Below the pieces are notes generated by a model that saw only the letters and a program-made list of their open reading frames with translations, ran no database searches and was not told the origin of the DNA. From Promethearchaeota archaeon (GTDB taxonomy: Archaea; Asgardarchaeota; Lokiarchaeia; Sigyniarchaeales; SOKP01), in NCBI GenBank assembly GCA_019058445.1, contig JAHPZA010000003.1, positions 128,001 to 192,000 of the forward strand: 64,000 nt of DNA. The letters are read 5' to 3'. Shown piece after piece: positions 48,033 through 56,008 of the stretch. Positions within the stretch are counted from its first letter, which is position 1. Each line of letters starts with the position of its first letter. The position numbers and the translations under genes were made by a program.

Positions 48033-49637
48033 ATGATATCAGCAATAATAATACCAATCGTCTTTTTTTTGATTATTTTTTTTATAATTACTGGTAGGAA
48101 AAATCGCCTTCAAATTGCGTTTGCTGGCGCTATTATGTCCATAATTTCTTTAATGTTTTTTGATCAAACGGATACCTCCCTAATAATTGAGTTCATTATT
48201 GGCAAAAATTTTGTTAACTTGCATACAGTTTTCTTTATTTTAGGGATGATGATTATAATAGCTAAATGTCAAGAAGAAGGTGTTTTTATATATATTGCAT
48301 TTAAAATAGTACAAAAAACAGGACATAATCGATATTTACTACTTTTCAGTTTATGTTTCTTAACTTTTACGTTTTCATCATTCCTAAATAACATTTTATG
48401 TATTTTTCTTATAATTCCTCTTACTATAACAATTTGTAAAATTCTCGATGTAAATCCTATCCCCTATATATTAGCTGAAGCAATGGTTGTAAATCTGGGG
48501 GGGTTATTATTTGTTATTAGTTCTATTCCTAATATCATAATAAGTCATACAATTAACTGGACGTTTTTTCAGTATTTTATTGATGTTGGGATTTTTGCAA
48601 TAATACTATTTGTATTAACTTCTACATTACTGTATGGTTATAACAAATACAAATTGGATATCGCTGATAAGAAGCGGATTGAAATTTTAATCCAATATGA
48701 TGCTTGGACATTCGTCCAAAATCGTGTTAATTTTTATAAATCTTTAGTTGTGTTAATAGTTTCTCTCGTAATGATAATAGCTTTACCTATAATTTTCACA
48801 ATTGATATTGATATAATAGCTCTTTCTGGTGCTGCTTTTGTTATGGTAGTGCTTGTAAATAAAAAACAGTTTGTTGAGTTCTGGAAAAGTTTAGATATCG
48901 AATTAATTTTTTATTTGATGTGTATTTTATTTATCTCAGAAGCGCTCGAATATACTGGTGTTTTAAAGTTCCTTTCTGATTTTATAAATGGAGTATCAGG
49001 CGGAAATTTTTTAATTTCATTAATTTTAATTCTTTGGTTATCAGCTATAATTAGTTCATTTGTACATAACGCAGCCGTCACAAAAGTTCTAATTCCTGTC
49101 GTTGAGGATTTAACTACTCTTGAAAACCAAAGAGACGGTTTTTCAGCTTTATCAATAGGAACTATTTTAGGCGAAAATTTATCGATCATGGGAGATAATT
49201 TAGTTATAATTACAATGACTAATAATTATGGGTTTAAACTTAAATTTTCTACATTTCTTAAATTAGGAATATCTATAACATTGTTACAATTGATAGCAGC
49301 AACTTTCTTCCTTATGATGAAAATCAATATACATTTCTTCTTTATAGGACTTATTTGTTTAATTGCATTAATATTTGGCATTATATTCCTTATTTCTCTC
49401 ACTACTTATTCTGCATATGTGGTCAATGAGAAGTGTGATAGATGCGGCCTCTGTGTTAACTCATGTCCGGTAAATGCTATAAGTTTAAACGAAGACAAAT
49501 TAAGAATTTATCAAAAAATATGCGTAGGATGTGGTAATTGCATTAAATATTGTAAACATAATGCCATAGAAATAAAAAGATATGGTCCAAAAAATATCTT
49601 AGTTCCACCTCCTACCATAAAAGAGAATGGAACTTAA
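48033..49637 (+). CDS. ArsB/NhaD/SLC13-type ion transporter fused to a C-terminal 2x[4Fe-4S] ferredoxin
   Basis: FILGMMII, SSFLNN, NLGG...SSIPNI, SSFVHN, LGENL..MG; C-terminal CDRCGLCVNSCP and CVGCGNCIKYC. Confidence 0.85.
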   Translation: MISAIIIPIVFFLIIFFIITGRKNRLQIAFAGAIMSIISLMFFDQTDTSLIIEFIIGKNFVNLHTVFFILGMMIIIAKCQEEGVFIYIAFKIVQKTGHNRYLLLFSLCFLTFTFSSFLNNILCIFLIIPLTITICKILDVNPIPYILAEAMVVNLGGLLFVISSIPNIIISHTINWTFFQYFIDVGIFAIILFVLTSTLLYGYNKYKLDIADKKRIEILIQYDAWTFVQNRVNFYKSLVVLIVSLVMIIALPIIFTIDIDIIALSGAAFVMVVLVNKKQFVEFWKSLDIELIFYLMCILFISEALEYTGVLKFLSDFINGVSGGNFLISLILILWLSAIISSFVHNAAVTKVLIPVVEDLTTLENQRDGFSALSIGTILGENLSIMGDNLVIITMTNNYGFKLKFSTFLKLGISITLLQLIAATFFLMMKINIHFFFIGLICLIALIFGIIFLISLTTYSAYVVNEKCDRCGLCVNSCPVNAISLNEDKLRIYQKICVGCGNCIKYCKHNAIEIKRYGPKNILVPPPTIKENGT

Positions 49638-49932
49638 TATCTCTTGTTTAATTTCCCCTATCTTCATTCTTACCTTAAAGATACTTCTAATTTATACATT
49701 AATCCACTCTAAATAATTTTCTTTTGCCAAAGGTAAAATTTCTACGGTTATAAGTAATATAAGCATTCGATGAACCCCCCGTTAAAGTTTTTGGAAAAGA
49801 ATAACCTACTTTCAATCTCCCTCGTTTTAATAAAAATTGCTCAATTTCTTGATTTAAAGTAATTTCATATTCACCCGACTAATTTATTCAAATCCTCTTA
49901 TTCCCTTAAAATAAACTCTCTATTTATTTTTT

Positions 49933-50079
49933 ATAAAAATTACTTTTTTATCTCTTTTAATATTCTGAAAAATATCTATTACTTTAATACTTTAAGAGTT
50001 ATAGAACTTAAGTCAATTCAGTGAAACAATGAAAATTGTAAGTAAAACACTATAAAAGTAATAGACTCTTTAAAATATT
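49933..50079 (+). ncRNA. Candidate structured cis-regulatory RNA, copy 2 (span includes upstream TATA region)
   Basis: Second copy, ending 69 nt upstream of fwdA; contains the ACAAT-GAAA-ATTGT and AGTT-ATAG-AACT hairpins. Confidence 0.6.
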
Positions 50080-50148
50080 AGAATAATCTTAAAAGTTAAT
50101 AACTATAAAATTCTATTAAAATTATAGCTACAATTAAGGAAGATTACC

Positions 50149-51870
50149 ATGAAAGATCTAATTATTAAAAATGGTATTGTATTTGACCCATCAAACGGAA
50201 TTGACGGCGAGAAAAAAGAGATTCACATTAAAGACGGAGCTGTTGTTGATAAAGTTAACGGAGATGCCAAAGTCATTGACGCCTCGGGGATGATTGTGTT
50301 TCCGGGAGGGGTCGATCCTCACACTCATATAGCTGGGGCAAAAGTTAATACAGGACGGGCTTTCAGACCGGAAGATAAACCAATGGAAGCGACCATGAAA
50401 AAAACTAAAACTACTCGAAGCGGTACCGGATTTTCTGTTCCAAGCACATGGATGACAGGATACAAATATGCTCAATTAGGGTATACCACTGCCGCAGAAC
50501 CCGCTATGCCTTTACTTGAGGCTAGACATACACATGAGGAATTTTTAGAAATGCCCATTTTAGACAAATTAGCATTTCCTCTCTTGGGGAATAATTGGTT
50601 TGTGCTCGACTATATTAAAAATGGCGATATTGACAAATTAGCAGGATACGTCGCATGGGTTCTCAAAGCGACCAAAGGGTATGCCGTGAAGATTGTAAAC
50701 CCCGGAGGGGTTGAAAACTGGGCCTGGGGAAAAAACGTTGAATCTCTTGACGACCAGGTATATCATTGGGGGGTCACTCCGAGACAAATCGTTGAGAACT
50801 TAGCAAAAGTTAATGAAATATTAGAATTACCACACTCCATTCACGTACATTGTAATAATCTTGGCCATCCGGGAAATGTTGCCCATTCACTTGATACGTT
50901 TAAGATTTGTGAGAATATTGAGCCAAAAGGAGGAAAAAAGACAAGCCTTCATATAACACATTGCCAGTTTAATGCCTATGGAGGTACGAATTGGGGTAAT
51001 TTCGAATCGGGTGCCTCTGAAGTTGCCGAATATATAAATTCACACAAACACATTACAATTGATAGTGGACAAGTGGTTTTCACTAAATATGCTACCACTA
51101 CAATGACTGGGGACGGACCTTGGGAATTTGCGCTCCACCACCTTGGTGGAATGAGCCCTTGGGGTGCGAAACCAGGCATAAAATGGTGCAATGGTCAAGT
51201 AGAAGGAGAATCAGGCTCTGGAATCGTACCATATTTCTTTTCGCCAAAAGTTGCAGTGAATGCGATTCAATGGGCAATTGGGCTGGAATTACTTCTTTTA
51301 GTGAAGGATCCATATCAAATACTTATGACTACTGACCATCCTAATGGCGCACCCTTTACAACATATCCTATAGTCTTTAAATGGCTTATGGATAAGAGTA
51401 CAAGGAAAGACATGCTTGAGAATGTAGTTTCCAAAAAAGCTAGTGAAAAAACAGTGCTCCCCGATCTTGATAGAGAATATACACTTAACGAGCTCTGTAT
51501 TTCTACGAGAGCTGGACCTGCTAAATTACTAGGCTTAAAGGATAGAGGGCATTTAGGAGTTGGAGCAATCGGAGATGTCGCAATCTACAAGCTTGATCCA
51601 AATAAATATGATGGACATGCGATAGAAAAAGCATTTTCGGCAGCAGCTTATACGATTAAAGAAGGTCAAATCGTTGTCAAGGACGGAGAAATCATGGCGT
51701 CTCCTGCGGGGACTCTGATCTGTGCGGAAGGTAAAATAAAAGAGAGCACATACGAGGCAACTATAGAGGACGTTCAATCCCATTGGAGGGATCATTATAG
51801 TATTAATTTTAACAACTATGCCGTCCAAGACGCATATGCTCCAAAAGTTAAAATTGTTAATGGTATCTAA
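50149..51870 (+). CDS. fwdA: Formylmethanofuran dehydrogenase subunit A
   Basis: DPHTHIAGAKVN, RPED, KIVNPGG, HSIHVHCNNLGHPGN, QWAIGLEL, TTDHPNGAPF. Confidence 0.95.
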   Translation: MKDLIIKNGIVFDPSNGIDGEKKEIHIKDGAVVDKVNGDAKVIDASGMIVFPGGVDPHTHIAGAKVNTGRAFRPEDKPMEATMKKTKTTRSGTGFSVPSTWMTGYKYAQLGYTTAAEPAMPLLEARHTHEEFLEMPILDKLAFPLLGNNWFVLDYIKNGDIDKLAGYVAWVLKATKGYAVKIVNPGGVENWAWGKNVESLDDQVYHWGVTPRQIVENLAKVNEILELPHSIHVHCNNLGHPGNVAHSLDTFKICENIEPKGGKKTSLHITHCQFNAYGGTNWGNFESGASEVAEYINSHKHITIDSGQVVFTKYATTTMTGDGPWEFALHHLGGMSPWGAKPGIKWCNGQVEGESGSGIVPYFFSPKVAVNAIQWAIGLELLLLVKDPYQILMTTDHPNGAPFTTYPIVFKWLMDKSTRKDMLENVVSKKASEKTVLPDLDREYTLNELCISTRAGPAKLLGLKDRGHLGVGAIGDVAIYKLDPNKYDGHAIEKAFSAAAYTIKEGQIVVKDGEIMASPAGTLICAEGKIKESTYEATIEDVQSHWRDHYSINFNNYAVQDAYAPKVKIVNGI

Positions 51871-52067
51871 TCTTTTTTTTTTAATTTTCTTTATTTATCA
51901 TCAGATTAATTATGGTACTACTAAAGTTGTTCAAATCTGAGCACAAATATTTAAAAATAAGCTTATTCTAATTTACATTTATGTACAAAATTTACTTTAA
52001 ATCCAAATTTTCACAAATCTTTTATTCAGTTAACTTAAAGTTTGTAAAGAATAATAGTGATTAAAAC

Positions 52068-53510
52068 ATGAGTAGCATTCAAAATGATAAAAAAACACTT
52101 GCAGTTATAATATCTGATGTTCATCTGGGAGCATCTAAAACAGAATACATCTTATTTTGGGATTTTCTTGACAATCTTAAGAAAGGATTTTTAGGAGAGC
52201 ATTTAAAGGCATTAATAATAACGGGGGATTTTTTCGATTTATGCATGAAATCTCCTAATCAAATTAGTACAATTTATAGCATGTATTTTCAGGCTTTAAA
52301 TAATATTCAACAAAATGGAATTGATGTATATTTCACTTTAGGCAATCATGAGATTGAAGTCTATGATGAAATTAATAAAAATTATGATAAACTGTTTGCT
52401 TCGAGGAAGAAGGATTTCTTAACAGCTTTTAATGCTGGTATCTTGAATAATAATAATGTTTCTCAATATGTTTTGTTGACGATAAAGGACAGCAGTTTAG
52501 ACGTTCTTTCTAGCGACACACTCAATCAACTAGTAAGCCAAATACAAGTAAGTGATGGTGATTATTTGTGTCTAGTTGTGCACGGGTTTCAATACGATAG
52601 CAAAACTCATCGTAATATGTTTAGTCGTATTTTCTGGGGACCTATGATTAATTCAAGAGTGAGTTGGATTAAGTCTACTGTAAACTTTCTCTGGAATAAT
52701 GTGTTAAGCAGTATACGAAAAACAAGAGCGATATCTACCATAGATATGCTCAGAGAACTAAAAAGATGCAATATTAAGAGGGACAGATTTGAAATTTTCC
52801 GTTATCTTAAAACCATACAGTTATGGCAGGATTTTCTTTTTAGGCACAGAAACCAGGATTATTATAGAAGAATAATTAGATTTTTAAATCCCTATCCTCT
52901 CTCTAAAATAAAGAGCGTAATTTTCGGTCATAGCCATAAAGGTGAAATATGTAAAGATAAAAAAATAAAAACAAATAAGATTATAATGAATTCTGGAGCA
53001 TGGCAGAAGACTTATAAACCACCATATGTGCTAGTTCAACTTGATAATAACAAAGTTAAATTATCTTTCAAAAGATATAAAATCTCGCCCGATCTACGAC
53101 TATTGAAATTTTATTTTGAAGTTGTAGATTTTCTCGAAACCAAAATTAAAGAAATCTTTTATAAGGAATCGGAAGATTCTATTAAAGAGGCTCAGTTGCA
53201 TAAGAGGGCTCTACTACTTGACAGGGCAAAACAAAGAGGGATTATCACTCAGAACGAATTTAACCAAATTGAATTTTGGAGAGCGCAAAAACAAAAGGTC
53301 TTTGGTAAGGCAGGTTATGATGTAAAAACGGTTTTAAGCCAAATTAACAGAGAGAAATGGGAGCAGTTCCCCTCCCAAGCTAAAAATTTGTATCAAAATA
53401 TAATTGATAGCACTCAAGATGGTGGAGGCGCGGGTGCACAGAAAAGAAAAGCTCTACTATATTACTTCACTCCTAAAAGACGAAGAGTTTTTCACCATTT
53501 CATCCCATAA
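52068..53510 (+). CDS. Calcineurin-like metallophosphoesterase (LpxH-like) with C-terminal helical extension
   Basis: ISDVHLG, GDFFD, GNHE, HG, FGHSH, NSGAW. Confidence 0.85.
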   Translation: MSSIQNDKKTLAVIISDVHLGASKTEYILFWDFLDNLKKGFLGEHLKALIITGDFFDLCMKSPNQISTIYSMYFQALNNIQQNGIDVYFTLGNHEIEVYDEINKNYDKLFASRKKDFLTAFNAGILNNNNVSQYVLLTIKDSSLDVLSSDTLNQLVSQIQVSDGDYLCLVVHGFQYDSKTHRNMFSRIFWGPMINSRVSWIKSTVNFLWNNVLSSIRKTRAISTIDMLRELKRCNIKRDRFEIFRYLKTIQLWQDFLFRHRNQDYYRRIIRFLNPYPLSKIKSVIFGHSHKGEICKDKKIKTNKIIMNSGAWQKTYKPPYVLVQLDNNKVKLSFKRYKISPDLRLLKFYFEVVDFLETKIKEIFYKESEDSIKEAQLHKRALLLDRAKQRGIITQNEFNQIEFWRAQKQKVFGKAGYDVKTVLSQINREKWEQFPSQAKNLYQNIIDSTQDGGGAGAQKRKALLYYFTPKRRRVFHHFIP

Positions 53511-53651
53511 ATAATTTTTATAAAAACTAGAACCCTAAATTCTTTTTTTTTTATTTTTTGCTAGTTTATAATAGGAATTTATTTTTTGTTTTAGAAACTT
53601 TAATAGCAATCTAATATTGCTTTTAAATTATAGAAATAATTTCGAGTTAAA

Positions 53652-54830
53652 ATGCCGGTTGATTGGGAATATATTAGAAAAGATCAATTTCCTGCCTTAG
53701 AAAATTATACTTATTTAATTACCGCAGGTTCAGCGCCAATTAGTAGAAGCGCTTATGAAAGTGGAATAGATTATTTTAATAGGATGTTGAATTATGGCGA
53801 TATTGACCATGAGCTGTTTTTTCTGGACATTGCCGAACCCCGAAAAATGATTGCTGAATATCTTAATACAAACCATGAGAATATTGCATTTATGATAAAT
53901 ACTTCCTCCGGACTTGCGACAATCGCACACATTTTAAAACATCACAAAAGTGGTTTGTTATATCCCGGGATTGAGTTCCCTGCTACTGTCCACTTATTTA
54001 AACGATTGGGATTTCCTACTAAAAGAATAGAAGGTACAAATTATTCATTTCTAATTGAGGATTTTAAAAAGGGAATAACTGAGAACACTAAATACTGTAT
54101 TCAAAGCCATGTACAATCCTTTAATGGTTTCAGACAAAATCTTGAAACATTTGGAAAATTTTGTAGAGAAAACAATTTAACAAATATAATTAATGCCACA
54201 CAATCATTCGGAGCATTTGAAATTGACGTTGAAAAAGATAATATCGATTTTCTCGTATCGAGTGGATTAAAAAACATTGCATGTGGGTGGGGAATTGGGA
54301 TTTTATTTGTCCGCGAAAAATTTATCGATGAGAATATACCTTTTACGAGTTGGCTAAGTGTGGAAGATCCCTTCTCTATGGATTGTGAAAACTTGAGAAT
54401 ATTTAAAAAGACGCTTGCGATGGATTCCTTTGGGGGGTGTCCTAATTTTGCGGCGTTATTATCCTTAAAGGGAGGATTGGAGTTGGTTCATAACGTTATT
54501 GGTCGAGGAAGTATACGTACGGGAATTAAGAAAATTCAAAACCGTGTGATCTCCCTTACTGATCAATTTTTTCCTGAAATTCAAAATTTAGATTTTAAAA
54601 TTATAACTCCACTTGAAAAAGAATACAGATCTGGAATAATTACAGTTGAACATCAAAAGGCTAAGAGGATTTATCGTGAATTAGTTAAGAATAAGATATA
54701 TGTTACTTTAAAGAGATATCCACAAAATACCAAAGAAACACTCTTAAGATTCGCAATTAATTATTATAATAATATTGACGATCTTAATAAGACCATCAGC
54801 GTATTAAAAGGAATTTTACAGAAATTCTAA
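53652..54830 (+). CDS. Class V PLP-dependent aminotransferase-fold enzyme
   Basis: NTSSGL, EFPA, NATQSFG, PLP-Lys SSGLK, RSGII, YYNN..D. Confidence 0.85.
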   Translation: MPVDWEYIRKDQFPALENYTYLITAGSAPISRSAYESGIDYFNRMLNYGDIDHELFFLDIAEPRKMIAEYLNTNHENIAFMINTSSGLATIAHILKHHKSGLLYPGIEFPATVHLFKRLGFPTKRIEGTNYSFLIEDFKKGITENTKYCIQSHVQSFNGFRQNLETFGKFCRENNLTNIINATQSFGAFEIDVEKDNIDFLVSSGLKNIACGWGIGILFVREKFIDENIPFTSWLSVEDPFSMDCENLRIFKKTLAMDSFGGCPNFAALLSLKGGLELVHNVIGRGSIRTGIKKIQNRVISLTDQFFPEIQNLDFKIITPLEKEYRSGIITVEHQKAKRIYRELVKNKIYVTLKRYPQNTKETLLRFAINYYNNIDDLNKTISVLKGILQKF

Positions 54831-54907
54831 TCTAGACTTTAAGTCTTTTATCGTTTTTTATGGATTTTATAAATTTAAAATCCCTTCTTTTATATTAGAT
54901 AATGATT

Positions 54908-55399
54908 TCAAATTAAGAATTGATTTGATGTACTGCAACCGCTGCAAGTATCGGACGATTTAGGGATTGATTTTCTCTCGTACAATCCAAAAAGCTCAGC
55001 ATATTCAATAATATGTTGGTTTATTATTCTTCTAAAGTTTTGATTATTTAATCCTTCTAATTTCTCAACATCTAAAGCATAAATTCTAAAAACATATTTT
55101 TGCATTCCTCCCGCAGCATTCGGACCTTCATAATTTAAAGTATAAAAATCATTTTGAACTTCTATTCCGGGGATAATCCCATCTTGTTGAATTTCATTCA
55201 CATCTAAAGGAATATTATAAACATACCAATGATATATTTCACCAACCTCTGGATCTCGGCGAGAAAAGGAAATTGCATAGCTTTTTGTTCCATCTGGAGG
55301 ATTCTCCCATCTCAAATGGGGAGAAAAATCTTCTCCATCACATGTAAACTTTTTATCCATTATCTCATTGTTTTTAAAATTATTGCTTTCAAGAATCAT
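54908..55399 (-). CDS. YbhB/YbcL PEBP (Raf-kinase-inhibitor-like) protein, divergent copy with C-terminal CxxC
   Basis: FTCDGEDFSPHLRW, HW.VYNIP, NDF...YEGP, YVFRIYALD; DPDAP and GP.PP..H motifs altered; start ATG 55399 or 55402. Confidence 0.85.
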   Translation of the reverse strand: MILESNNFKNNEIMDKKFTCDGEDFSPHLRWENPPDGTKSYAISFSRRDPEVGEIYHWYVYNIPLDVNEIQQDGIIPGIEVQNDFYTLNYEGPNAAGGMQKYVFRIYALDVEKLEGLNNQNFRRIINQHIIEYAELFGLYERKSIPKSSDTCSGCSTSNQFLI

Positions 55400-55438
55400 C
55401 ATGAAAAATAAGAAAAAGAGCAAATTTAAAGATTTCCT

Positions 55439-55867
55439 CTATGCGCTATAAAGTCCAATTAATTCCGCAGATTCTATTGTGTGTTCCTTTACTTCTTTCA
55501 TAAAGGTTTTCTTCGTAATATCCTCAAGACTTTTAACATCAAGAGCATAAATTCGAAAAAAATATCTATGTGTTCCACTGGGGGGTGCAGGACCACCATA
55601 ACCTATTTTTCCATAATCATTCTTTAATTCTGTCCCGGGAACAGGTCCTCCCTGAGAGATTTCATTAGTTTCTGCTGGAATATTGCAAACTAACCAGTGT
55701 ATCCAATCACCTACAGGTGCATCAGGGTCATTACACGATAGAGCAAAGCTTTTAGTTTGATTCGGAGCATCTTCCCACTTAAGATGAGGAGAGATATTAT
55801 CTGCGCGGAAAGAAAATTTCTTATCCATTGATTCTTTATGTTTAAAATCATTACTTATGAGTTTCAT
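55439..55867 (-). CDS. YbhB/YbcL PEBP family protein
   Basis: SPHLKW, DPDAP, HWLV.NIP, GYGGPAPPSGTHRYFF.IYALD. Confidence 0.93.
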   Translation of the reverse strand: MKLISNDFKHKESMDKKFSFRADNISPHLKWEDAPNQTKSFALSCNDPDAPVGDWIHWLVCNIPAETNEISQGGPVPGTELKNDYGKIGYGGPAPPSGTHRYFFRIYALDVKSLEDITKKTFMKEVKEHTIESAELIGLYSA

Positions 55868-56008
55868 AAGTACGAACTAAGTTTAGAATGTATTTATTTA
55901 TTTTGGCTGTTATCATAATATGTGAATATATAAATACGTTATATTTACTTTTTTATAATAGAAACTACCTTAGATCTTCACGTATTGTGATTTTAGGATT
56001 AATTTAAT

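Noticed and set aside
49640-49900. Possible minus-strand gene remnant (SGEYEITLNQEIEQFLLKRG..., ITVEILPLAKENYLEWINV)
   Set aside because: Fragmented frames, no start codon, no recognisable family
47774-50079. The two 147-nt copies as direct repeats of a mobile element carrying the permease
   Set aside because: No transposase or integrase, and the differences are concentrated in compensatory pairs, which favours RNA-structure selection. A MITE origin is not fully excluded
53652-54830. Cysteine desulfurase or selenocysteine lyase call, tempting given the selenoprotein
   Set aside because: The catalytic Cys loop (RxGxHCA or SSGSAC) is absent, so only the class V fold is supported
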